In this document: piece by piece, positions 55,245 through 64,000 of the stretch
Numbering within the stretch: the first letter of the stretch is position 1
How the letters are laid out: every line of letters begins with the position of its first letter
Source of the DNA: Escherichia phage vB_EcoP_PhAPEC7
DNA: 64,000 nucleotides
Direction: 5' to 3' (one strand)
Sequence record: NC_024790.1
Position numbers and translations under genes: made by a program
The notes under the pieces: model-generated
Told to the model about the DNA's origin: nothing
Database searches by the model: none
What the model saw: the letters and a program-made list of their open reading frames with translations, nothing else

Positions 55245-57989
55245 TTAACGCTCTGCAAAAATAGTAATACCCTCTAAATCGCCACCATTCGCTGTAGTAT
55301 CAGCAGAAGCTGTAGCTCGTACATCAATAACCTGACCAGCATTAAGATTACCAAGGAATACACGAACAGTTGCAGAAATTGCATTAGGAGCACCAAGTGT
55401 CTTAACTGCACTATCTACATATACATCTAACTGTACGTTGCCTGCTGCTACGCGAATGTTAGCTAATACCTCTACATCTCTTAGACCACCAGCAGGAACA
55501 GTGAAACGACCTGCTGAATAATTAGAAGTCCAACGATACATGTCATCAGACGTCTGTGGTGTAACGTAGTTAACTACACCTGGTGAAGTACCAATTGCCT
55601 GCCCATTACTGTTATACGCACGATACACAGCACGACGTGGGAACAGAAGAATACCTCCGGATACTGCCTGTAAACCGGGTACAAACTGCCAACCAAATCC
55701 AGATGGGTCATAGTCAACAAGGGTATTAGCACCAGCAACGATATTTGCTTGGTTACGAACAACCCCACAATAAAGTTGAATATCTTTGGTAGTAATTTTA
55801 CCTGCATACTCAGATGCAGAGGAATGAACAGTAATCATCCCACCATTGTTTTGACTATGATACCCACGGATATTAGTAAAGCTTACTCCAGTACGATTAC
55901 TTATTGTAGAGGTAACCTCATCAAGATTAGCAATCATACATAGCTGTGCAGCAGTTTCTACATGGCAGTTAGCAACACCAACGCTACCATAGCTATTACC
56001 ATAGTTATTCTCATCACCATCGGTAATATCCGTTACTGGTTCAACAAGGATAGTAGCACCACTAATATTGTCATTATGCTGTAACTCACCACCAATGAAC
56101 ATGACATTTGCACCCTTGGTATGCAGGGTGTACTGAGTAGCTACAGACAGTCCACCGGGAGCACCAGATACAGCATTAAATCCAATGAAGTTGATATAAG
56201 TCTGATTACCAATTGCACGGATAGCACACGGAGTCCCAACAGTATAACCACCATGGAAAGTCAGTTCTGAAATCAATGCATGAGGGTAGGCAATATCACC
56301 AAGAGTAATACCTGTTAATGCATCAGATGCACAAATACCATAAAAATCACAGAAGCTGAATCCATTTGAGTTATCAGACCAGAACTTAAATGCACTCTTA
56401 ATACCAATTTTGCTTTGTCCTGATACTTCTAATCGACCATACGTTCTAACACCCTGTGCGTTACGAATACCAAATATGTAGTCACCGGTATCATAAGTAG
56501 GGTAGATATAACATTGAGCATAAATACTTAATCCAGTCAGATTACTAAACTGAATTGGGGCACTTGTTTTAAAAATGCCTTTAATTTCAGCAGTAGCCCA
56601 GGGAACAGAAGCACATGCATCAGCCCATGCCTGTAAAGCGGCATATGAGTCAACATTACCAGTAGGGTCAGCACCAAAGTCTGCAACAGCATCCAATGTA
56701 CGAGCATATCTGGCTGAGAGAGTATTTATTGCACTCCCGATAACTCCTGCTTTTTTGTACCTGATTAAATCAAAACCAGTATCACTTAGTAAGCTTGCTT
56801 TGAATGCATCAAGTGAAGCGTTAGCTGAATTGATGGCATCATTGCCTGAAATGATATCAATCAAATCAACATTAACATTCCCAGGAGAATAGGTTAACTG
56901 ACCATTGGATACAGCGTTAATGTAAACATTGGTGGGTAAGATAGGTAATCCATAGATTCGCTGAGTAACTACATCAAAAATCACCTTCTTACTATTAAGT
57001 ACTTGAGTAGTATCCGTACTGAGGATTACCTCAGAATCTTTTACGTTAGCTGAGCGAGCCACTTCCTGAATAGTATGGTCTACTATTTCAAGTATCTTAG
57101 CTTCACCACCCAACTGAACAATCAGACAGTCATTGGTTGCCAATGGTTCGGTAAGAATGATTCGGTTATTATCTGAGTCAATAGTATAAGAATTATTAGT
57201 TAACCCTTTGTAGAAACGTAAACCATTCTTATATACAGCAGGCACAGACTGGAAGGTATATGGAATATCAATTACCTGTTCTCCACCAACAGCAGCACCT
57301 TGGTTATACAACCAGTTAATGGTTACCCAATCAGAAACATTAGGATTATCCGGAGTTGCGGGAACACCGGTACGCATAACTACAACAAAGTCGCCAGGTT
57401 CCAGTGGGGTAGTGAAGCTAACCTCAAAAGCTACCGGGTCATACTCAAAGTCATATCCTTCAGTCTGCCAATCACCATTAACAATCATGAATGGTGCACC
57501 AGCCGTTTCATCCGGGATACGAATGGTAGTCTCGCCACCATTAGCAGAACCAGAGTTATAAATCCACGGGATGTATCCACCATCACTAGTAGACTCACCA
57601 CCACCAGATGAACCAGATGTAGCTACCTTAACCCAAGAACCAGTTGCAGCGATATCGTCAGGTAGAATACCGGTACGGTCACCCTCTACATACAGGTAGT
57701 CAGTAACACGACGGTCACCAGCAGGGGTCTTATCATAGATACGAGCAAAGGTAGCCTTAGTAGTTAACGCCTTAAGCTCTGCTTCAGACTGTACACCAAG
57801 AACCATTCCATATTGGTTCAGGAAATCATAAATAAGTTTCAGGTTACCTAAGTTACAGTAGACAGTACGAACCACGTGGTAAGCATTACCAAGTAATGCA
57901 TCTACCATTGGGTCATTGGAACTATTCTGGCAGTAAGGATTGGTCCAATCCTGATTTGCATCGAAGGGGGTATGTGCGTTCATCGCCAT
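55245..57989 (-). CDS. Tail fiber / receptor-binding protein
   Basis: 914 aa, Gly/Asn/Thr-rich; tail module position. Confidence 0.4.
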   Translation of the reverse strand: MAMNAHTPFDANQDWTNPYCQNSSNDPMVDALLGNAYHVVRTVYCNLGNLKLIYDFLNQYGMVLGVQSEAELKALTTKATFARIYDKTPAGDRRVTDYLYVEGDRTGILPDDIAATGSWVKVATSGSSGGGESTSDGGYIPWIYNSGSANGGETTIRIPDETAGAPFMIVNGDWQTEGYDFEYDPVAFEVSFTTPLEPGDFVVVMRTGVPATPDNPNVSDWVTINWLYNQGAAVGGEQVIDIPYTFQSVPAVYKNGLRFYKGLTNNSYTIDSDNNRIILTEPLATNDCLIVQLGGEAKILEIVDHTIQEVARSANVKDSEVILSTDTTQVLNSKKVIFDVVTQRIYGLPILPTNVYINAVSNGQLTYSPGNVNVDLIDIISGNDAINSANASLDAFKASLLSDTGFDLIRYKKAGVIGSAINTLSARYARTLDAVADFGADPTGNVDSYAALQAWADACASVPWATAEIKGIFKTSAPIQFSNLTGLSIYAQCYIYPTYDTGDYIFGIRNAQGVRTYGRLEVSGQSKIGIKSAFKFWSDNSNGFSFCDFYGICASDALTGITLGDIAYPHALISELTFHGGYTVGTPCAIRAIGNQTYINFIGFNAVSGAPGGLSVATQYTLHTKGANVMFIGGELQHNDNISGATILVEPVTDITDGDENNYGNSYGSVGVANCHVETAAQLCMIANLDEVTSTISNRTGVSFTNIRGYHSQNNGGMITVHSSASEYAGKITTKDIQLYCGVVRNQANIVAGANTLVDYDPSGFGWQFVPGLQAVSGGILLFPRRAVYRAYNSNGQAIGTSPGVVNYVTPQTSDDMYRWTSNYSAGRFTVPAGGLRDVEVLANIRVAAGNVQLDVYVDSAVKTLGAPNAISATVRVFLGNLNAGQVIDVRATASADTTANGGDLEGITIFAER

Positions 57990-58690
57990 CCTCGTTGTTC
58001 AAATTTAGTTTCGGTAATTGAAATACTTCCATTAGCCAGGTCGTAATCAACAACCTCACCACAGATGCTTTCATACGTTTGCAGATACTCTGCTGCTTTA
58101 GCGTTAGCTTCAGGAGTATTCAAACCAGTGTGGTAACGATAACCCACCCAGTTATGAAGTGCCGTCATTAGCGTATCAGCTAAATCAACTTCCTGTTCTT
58201 CATCACCCGTAAGTACTGGGTGCTTAGCTTGATACGTTATGTTAAGTGCCTCAAAGTGTCGAGGTCGCATACACTGAATAGTATCAGGCCGTGGTGTGAA
58301 AATAGCACGAGGGTCTGAATCGTCGTTCAGTCTACGTCGATTCCCTGAGTTATCAAACACATTTAAGATTTTAATAACATCATCCTGGAAAGGTTTCATG
58401 AACCCATCCATGATATAAGGATATTGAACCTCAAGAGTAGGCTTAGTAAATTTGGAGTAAGCATATTTGGATTGAAGAGGATAATCAGTACGCCCTTCCT
58501 TCATCTCCACAATGCAGCTATTTGTCTTAAGAGGGAAACGACTATGCAGTCGTACCAGCCCCTCATTAATAGCTGCCAGTATCTCCGGCTTACTATCCGG
58601 TTCAATACCCAGCCTGTCATCCGTGACTGCACCAGTACCCTTCAAGGTACTTAGTGCCAAGCCACGATATACTTCCGGTAATTTCTGCAT
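57980..58690 (-). CDS. Hypothetical structural protein (N4 gp67-like by position)
   Basis: 236-aa ORF between terminase and tail genes. Confidence 0.3.
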   Translation of the reverse strand: MQKLPEVYRGLALSTLKGTGAVTDDRLGIEPDSKPEILAAINEGLVRLHSRFPLKTNSCIVEMKEGRTDYPLQSKYAYSKFTKPTLEVQYPYIMDGFMKPFQDDVIKILNVFDNSGNRRRLNDDSDPRAIFTPRPDTIQCMRPRHFEALNITYQAKHPVLTGDEEQEVDLADTLMTALHNWVGYRYHTGLNTPEANAKAAEYLQTYESICGEVVDYDLANGSISITETKFEQRGWR

Positions 58691-58696
58691 GGTTCC

Positions 58697-60307
58697 TCAC
58701 ACAATGTATGAACGTAGTGGGTTAACACTATCTTCTTCTTCCTCATCCCACATCGGGTCACCCTTGTTATCCACCATAGTCATACCTGCTTGTGGCTTCC
58801 AAGGATTGAGATAACCCAGCATGGAGATAGTATCAATACAGTCATCCTTACCTTTGATTCCATTAATGGTAGCTAGTTTAATCTGGCCCATGAACAGACC
58901 CATAATAGTTGTATCTCTCAGCTCTTCCGGGAAGTACATCTTACCAACTTTGAACCATGGAACTACCAGGTTAAAGCGTGACAGCTTAGAGGTTACAGGA
59001 CGGATGCCCGGCTTACCACCCTCAGAGGATGCAAAGTTAAAGAATACATTACGGTTAATCATTTCTTTCTGAAGAAGGGAGATGAATCCACCTTGCTGTC
59101 CTGTGACCTCGACTCCAACGTTTTGAGGTTGGTATTCTTGAACCAGACGGAATAAGTCGTCAAAGTTTTTATCCATAAGCTGACGATTAGCCACACCATC
59201 AACCCAGAACCAATCTCCATTAGAACTATATGCCCAAACTGATATGACACTGTAGTCACTGGTCTGTTTCTCCGAAGTAGCAAAGTCAGTTGTAATGTAA
59301 TAGTTGTAGCAGGACTTCATCCTTAATAGTTGCTGTCTGCTGTACCATTTAATCTCGCTATCCTGAACAAGACGCTCATCTTCAGAACTAATACGAAGCA
59401 TAAGTTCCTGGTAGAAGCCAGCCAGCTTACCAGTCTTAGCTGCCATATCGTATTGGGCTTTGATGTAGTCGTAAGAGAAACGGTCATCCCATGCACCCTG
59501 AAACTCTTCTTCACTGCATGGGAACTTCTCGCATACAGGCCATACGTTCACATCCCATGCACCAGACTCAACTGCTTCTATAATAATGTCTTCCTTATTA
59601 AAGGGAGTACCATTAAAGATTACTTTACGACGGGTAGGGTCAAGAGCATGGTTCACACCTTTATAGACAGTATCCTTAATAGCTTCCATACTCGTCTTAG
59701 AGTTAGCATCACCATCACTAATCAAGTCATCCAGTACACAGAGCGTCGGACGTTTACCATATATCTTCGTACCACGAAGACCTGTCTTAGCACCAAACAA
59801 CTTAACACCCAGTCGATGTCCTTCTGCATTACGGAACTCTAACAGGTTATCTGTAAAGGTAGCTTCAGGTATCCACTGTTGAAGGAACTCACTGTTTTTA
59901 TATCGGAACTCAATGTTCTTACGTGCAGACTTAGCACCGTTATCCATTGAGTCAGATACGTAAATCATTCCTTCTACTTTCCCCAGACTTGGTAAGTGCC
60001 CAAACACTGCCAAGAACAAAGTAAAGTATTCCATGAACACAGCAGTCTTACCTGCACCACGGAAGCACAGATTAACTACATACTGGTTCGGGCTAATCAT
60101 CTTATCCAACATCTTCAGGTGAACTGGGGGTGTTTTGTTGGATTCACCTTCCTTGCCATTAACCAACTTAATAAAGTTGGCAAAGGTAAGAGCAAACTGA
60201 CTAGGAACATAGTTGGAAGAATTAAGGTGGGAGTAATCCACCTGGTCTAGCCATTCATCCAGTTCCTGCTTAATTAACTCAGACATCTGTAATGTCCTCA
60301 TCTGCAC
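58697..60307 (-). CDS. Terminase large subunit (N4 gp68-like)
   Basis: 536 aa; Walker A-like FRGAGKTA; first large gene of the late block. Confidence 0.65.
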   Translation of the reverse strand: MQMRTLQMSELIKQELDEWLDQVDYSHLNSSNYVPSQFALTFANFIKLVNGKEGESNKTPPVHLKMLDKMISPNQYVVNLCFRGAGKTAVFMEYFTLFLAVFGHLPSLGKVEGMIYVSDSMDNGAKSARKNIEFRYKNSEFLQQWIPEATFTDNLLEFRNAEGHRLGVKLFGAKTGLRGTKIYGKRPTLCVLDDLISDGDANSKTSMEAIKDTVYKGVNHALDPTRRKVIFNGTPFNKEDIIIEAVESGAWDVNVWPVCEKFPCSEEEFQGAWDDRFSYDYIKAQYDMAAKTGKLAGFYQELMLRISSEDERLVQDSEIKWYSRQQLLRMKSCYNYYITTDFATSEKQTSDYSVISVWAYSSNGDWFWVDGVANRQLMDKNFDDLFRLVQEYQPQNVGVEVTGQQGGFISLLQKEMINRNVFFNFASSEGGKPGIRPVTSKLSRFNLVVPWFKVGKMYFPEELRDTTIMGLFMGQIKLATINGIKGKDDCIDTISMLGYLNPWKPQAGMTMVDNKGDPMWDEEEEDSVNPLRSYIV

Positions 60308-60968
60308 GTACTAGTTTAGAACCAGCAATCTCTTTGGTAGGTACACCACTATTGATTGCATTGATTTGCTGTTCAGCTAATGCAGCAAGTGTTGCCTTGA
60401 GGTCAGTCAATCCAGAGTTCTCTCTTAAGTCCAGATTGATATTCGTTACCTGGTCTTTCGGTTTAGCTAAGTGAGTGAGGATAGAGTTAGCTGCATCACA
60501 CCTTACTTTCTCACTTGCTGCTGTATTCATTAGTTCAACCTGTACGTTGATAGCCTTCTGATAATTGTCCTGGTTCACAATCCACACTGGAACCAAACTT
60601 TGTTCCATGATTAGGTTAACTAACTTACCTCTGTGATAAGCAGATACGTAAGCACTAATATCTTTCTCACTGGTTCCTCGTGCTACAAGTTCTGCTTGTC
60701 GGTTGGGGAATGTCTTGAAGTAGGCTTCCTTATTCGAGTAGCCCATGTGTTTGTAAGTTACATACTGAACTGCATTCATGTAGTCCTGTGTCTTAAACTT
60801 ACCTTCCTTCATAACACCAGAGTAAGAGATGAAGTTTTCACGGAATGACTCAGCAACCAGTTGGTCTTGGGTTACGTTGTTAATCGTGTCTACCAACTCT
60901 TGGCTCACACTGTTCTTGAAGTTAGCAGGTAAGGCATTAATGATCTGCTGCTTAGTTAGCTCACTCAT
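60279..60968 (-). CDS. Hypothetical protein (N4 gp69-like; possible small terminase subunit)
   Basis: 229-aa ORF upstream of and overlapping the large terminase start. Confidence 0.3.
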   Translation of the reverse strand: MSELTKQQIINALPANFKNSVSQELVDTINNVTQDQLVAESFRENFISYSGVMKEGKFKTQDYMNAVQYVTYKHMGYSNKEAYFKTFPNRQAELVARGTSEKDISAYVSAYHRGKLVNLIMEQSLVPVWIVNQDNYQKAINVQVELMNTAASEKVRCDAANSILTHLAKPKDQVTNINLDLRENSGLTDLKATLAALAEQQINAINSGVPTKEIAGSKLVRADEDITDV

Positions 60969-61111
60969 ACTTATCTCTCTACAAAGTTATGTCTATTAAC
61001 GAAGATTCTTTTCTTGGGGTGAGATACCCCTTGAAGAAACCATACCATACAGTTACACTTTAGTCATGATATAGAAAAAGTTCATGATACTAAATAGTAT
61101 GTAATGTTCCG

Positions 61112-61429
61112 ATGACCCTATTCCCCAAGGAGTACCCCTTGAGAATCTTTATGAGAAGTCCCTCATATGAAGACAACTACTCTGAGCTAGACCACACCAA
61201 GGCTGGCTTCCTGAAGGGTGATATCATTGTCACCCATGACTGGGATACGTTCCATGAGTTATCTGGAATAATGCTATTAGAGAACCGTCCCGGTGTTACC
61301 ATCTTAGAACCACAAGAAACTTACTCTTTAGAAAGATCTATTTCATCTCTTGTGTTCTTCACAAAATTACCTCATAGTGTCTCCATCAAACGAAGCAACG
61401 ATAGCGTTCGGATGACGGTGACGATGTGA
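61112..61429 (+). CDS. Small early-region protein, paralog family member
   Basis: Shares the family motif (..IIVTHDWDTFHELSGIMLL..). Confidence 0.4.
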   Translation: MTLFPKEYPLRIFMRSPSYEDNYSELDHTKAGFLKGDIIVTHDWDTFHELSGIMLLENRPGVTILEPQETYSLERSISSLVFFTKLPHSVSIKRSNDSVRMTVTM

Positions 61430-61578
61430 TTAGTCATACCGCCTAGTAGACAGTGGCGGTACTCGTAAAGAGTTAATAACTTCTACAGTCAGAGTTCCCC
61501 GGCTCCTTTCCTACTCCGTAGGTCTAACGGTACATAAGTACCTAGGGGGATGAACTGACCCGTGATTGAAAACGGTAA

Positions 61579-61614
61579 GGGGTAGAGTCGAGAGGCTCTA
61601 CCCCATTTCTTTTT
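61579..61614 (+). terminator. Rho-independent terminator
   Basis: Hairpin GGGGTAGAG-tcgagagg-CTCTACCCC followed by ATTTCTTTTTC. Confidence 0.55.
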
Positions 61615-61630
61615 CTGGAGGTATGCAATT

Positions 61631-62029
61631 ATGAGCATCTACTTTTTTGATATTGATATTACTGGTGTACTGCGTAGACAAGAACCCCATTACTTGGGAG
61701 AACCAGAAGCAGTAAGTAAGATGCTTGCCCCATGGCAATCAGTATTCTTTCCTGACTGTGAAGAGTCCCATGAGATTATCGGTTCTCTTTTCTTATCCAA
61801 CCTTCAGCTTAACGCTGAGATACTTACTGAACCAAGGGTGTATGATCTCACTCAGTATAGTGATTTCACCAAGTTCTTCCCTGGTGTACGCTTCTATAAG
61901 ATAGACGGTTGGGAATTGATAGCTGACCATAACGTCTTTAACAAGACACTTTCCATTTACTTCAGACCTATTCCTAAAGGAAGGAGAATCAATCATGAAA
62001 TTCATAATGACCATCCCCAGTTTTGCTGA
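61631..62029 (+). CDS. Small early-region protein, paralog family member
   Basis: Family motif (..SVFFPDCEESHEIIGSLFL..). Confidence 0.4.
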   Translation: MSIYFFDIDITGVLRRQEPHYLGEPEAVSKMLAPWQSVFFPDCEESHEIIGSLFLSNLQLNAEILTEPRVYDLTQYSDFTKFFPGVRFYKIDGWELIADHNVFNKTLSIYFRPIPKGRRINHEIHNDHPQFC

Positions 62030-62309
62030 AAGGGCGCCCATGTACACAAATGACTTCACTTTAGAAGAAGTCATGGATAGTAGTTCCCAACGTGTAATAC
62101 TAGTTCCTACCTTAGAGGACTACCATGAAGTAAGGGGCCAACTCTTCTTAGTAGGTAATGACCGTAAGGTTGTATGTATTATTCCTCCTTCCATCTACCC
62201 CGTTAGTAGTGCAGATGACGCTCTACCTTTCATGATGGTGTCCGATGAATACCAGTGGAATACCCGTTATGAGAATGATGAATACCGTTACTATTACGTA
62301 AGGAAGTAA
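61995..62309 (+). CDS. Small early-region protein, paralog family member
   Basis: Family motif (..RVILVPTLEDYHEVRGQLFLVGNDRKVV..); closest to the 63615 ORF. Confidence 0.45.
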   Translation: MKFIMTIPSFAERAPMYTNDFTLEEVMDSSSQRVILVPTLEDYHEVRGQLFLVGNDRKVVCIIPPSIYPVSSADDALPFMMVSDEYQWNTRYENDEYRYYYVRK

Positions 62310-62312
62310 GCC

Positions 62313-62627
62313 ATGCACTTCTACGGTTTAAGTAGTCGTAGTACCTGTCCCCTTAATCTGGGGGTAGGTAAATCACCTTGGTTGGGAATAAGTAAACCCA
62401 TGACCATGTACTATGAACAATGTGAAAAAGCAGATGAGTTCATCGGAACCTGTTTAATGTTAGGTGTACCTATTACCTTTATTAAGATAGATGCTTCCGT
62501 TGAAGTTCCAGAGAATGTCACTGTATATATCTATTCCTCCAGTGAACCTATGGTAGCTACTACTCTTACTGGTAGGCTCATTACCCTCTATCCTTCCTCA
62601 TATTTATCTAGCGACGAGAGTCACTAA
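62313..62627 (+). CDS. Small early-region protein, paralog family member
   Basis: Family motif (..MYYEQCEKADEFIGTCLMLG..). Confidence 0.4.
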   Translation: MHFYGLSSRSTCPLNLGVGKSPWLGISKPMTMYYEQCEKADEFIGTCLMLGVPITFIKIDASVEVPENVTVYIYSSSEPMVATTLTGRLITLYPSSYLSSDESH

Positions 62628-62941
62628 TGAAGCTAAACACATCACCCTATCCGGTACAGTTAGAAGTAGTATTTGACTGGGTTATCTTCTCTAAGAAATA
62701 CAAGAAAGCTAAAGGCATTGAACCAGAGGAACAAAGTAAAGGGGTTACTACATTACTCCCCGACGGTTCGGTACTTATCTATGTACAGAATAGTAACCCT
62801 ATCACCTTGGTTCATGAACTTAATCACTTCTGCATATACACCTTTGGCTTCGTTGGATTACCAATTAATGATGAATCTTCTGAGGCGTACTGTTACTACA
62901 TGGATAGCCTTCTTAAGCAGGTACTAAAGAATGAACATTAG
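62627..62941 (+). CDS. Small early-region protein, possible divergent paralog
   Basis: Weaker match (..LIYVQNSNPITLVHEL..). Confidence 0.3.
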   Translation: MKLNTSPYPVQLEVVFDWVIFSKKYKKAKGIEPEEQSKGVTTLLPDGSVLIYVQNSNPITLVHELNHFCIYTFGFVGLPINDESSEAYCYYMDSLLKQVLKNEH

Positions 62942-63266
62942 ATATCTAGGTGAGAGAGGTTCTGATGTGGTGTACTACTGCTCTGAACCAGAGAAAGCAG
63001 TCATTCTGGTTATGTCCTATGATTCTTACACCTTAATAATGGAACCGGGAGAGTTAGCAGACTTTGCACGAGGGCATAAGCTCCTTACTAATAGCAATAC
63101 AGAGATAGTTATCTTTAACGAGGGGGATAGTTACCTTGCCCCCGAAGGTGATTGTTTCCATATCTTCTTACCAGTAAAAGTAAGAACCAGTATGGTAAGG
63201 GAAGGTAACTCCTTCAGTACTATTCGTATCATCACCAAAGCACCGTCTTACAGGAATGATGTATGA
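62931..63266 (+). CDS. Small early-region protein, possible divergent paralog
   Basis: Shares EPG and VILV segments with the family. Confidence 0.3.
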   Translation: MNIRYLGERGSDVVYYCSEPEKAVILVMSYDSYTLIMEPGELADFARGHKLLTNSNTEIVIFNEGDSYLAPEGDCFHIFLPVKVRTSMVREGNSFSTIRIITKAPSYRNDV

Positions 63267-63299
63267 CTATGATTATCACTCACTTATAAAGGACTAACC

Positions 63300-63593
63300 A
63301 TGTATGTATACTGGGTAGCATCCCCTTATGATGAAAGGATAGGTACATCCTCCATCAGAATGTTATCAGGCACGGACTGGTATAAGTTCGAACCAGGAAT
63401 AGCAACTATCTATGTACACCCCGACATTGATTATCATTTCATACAAGGTGAGTGCATCATCCTTGGTAAGAAAGCCAAGCTAATAGAGTGCCCAGATAAC
63501 TATCATATTAAAGTACGTGGAGTATACATCCTAGCTCGTGATTACAAAGCAGCATTGGAGTTACTACGGCCTAAGTATTCCCCTCCTACTTGA
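63300..63593 (+). CDS. Small early-region protein, paralog family member
   Basis: Family motif (..FEPGIATIYVHPDIDYHFIQGECIILGKKAK..). Confidence 0.45.
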   Translation: MYVYWVASPYDERIGTSSIRMLSGTDWYKFEPGIATIYVHPDIDYHFIQGECIILGKKAKLIECPDNYHIKVRGVYILARDYKAALELLRPKYSPPT

Positions 63594-63614
63594 ATAGGTA
63601 CTAAAGGATATTAA

Positions 63615-63941
63615 ATGAAAATTACTAAGATAGGTTATGCTGATGGACCTAATCCCACTATCCATACAACCTTGCAAGACCTTGAACCAGGTAGACTCAC
63701 TCCTATTATCCTAGTACCAGATGAGCAAACTCTTCATGAAGTGAAAGGTCTAGCTCTAATACTAGGCAGGAAAGTTATTGTAAAACTACAAGAACCAGGA
63801 AAGGAATTACCATGGTCCTCTTCCATGTACTCCCCCTGGCATGTGAACACGGACAAATACACTCTTACCTTCACCATGAGTGATACCCTACAATCCCCTC
63901 ATTTGGTATATGCTCCCTCCTATTTAACTGCTTATAAGTGA
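63615..63941 (+). CDS. Small early-region protein, paralog family member
   Basis: Family motif (..LEPGRLTPIILVPDEQTLHEVKGLALILGRKVIV..). Confidence 0.45.
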   Translation: MKITKIGYADGPNPTIHTTLQDLEPGRLTPIILVPDEQTLHEVKGLALILGRKVIVKLQEPGKELPWSSSMYSPWHVNTDKYTLTFTMSDTLQSPHLVYAPSYLTAYK

Positions 63942-64000
63942 GATAGTTATAATATTTTTGCATGTCAAAATTGTGATAGCTATGTATGGCTACAGTGGTG

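Noticed and set aside
1-64000. CRISPR arrays, integrase or lysogeny module
   Set aside because: No regularly spaced direct repeats and no tyrosine or serine recombinase-like ORF were seen; the gene content is that of a virulent N4-like phage.

Overview
This window looks like most of an N4-like (Schitoviridae) podophage genome, judged from gene sizes, order and a few motifs I could read directly; no database search was possible. The plus strand from 1 to about 28.8 kb carries middle/replication genes: an AAA ATPase, a VWA protein, nucleotide-metabolism genes, an rIIA/rIIB-like pair, a Dda-like helicase, a family A DNA polymerase, a putative primase, a RecA-like ATPase, an SSB candidate and a RuvC-like resolvase. 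The minus strand from 28.9 to 61.0 kb carries the late block: a 3456-aa virion RNA polymerase, major capsid protein, portal, a lysis cassette, tail proteins and the large terminase. The last 3 kb on the plus strand is a tandem array of small paralogous ORFs that I read as early genes. The most notable findings are two related group I introns, each with a homing endonuclease gene, that split the DNA polymerase gene and the RecA-like ATPase gene; the second endonuclease has an in-frame amber codon. Between 26.1 and 27.7 kb there is an ORF-free, structure-rich stretch with one canonical tRNA (unusual anticodon AAT) and three further T-arm-like motifs that do not fold into tRNAs by hand. All coordinates and family calls are from manual reading and need confirmation by HMM/BLAST searches and RNA covariance models.
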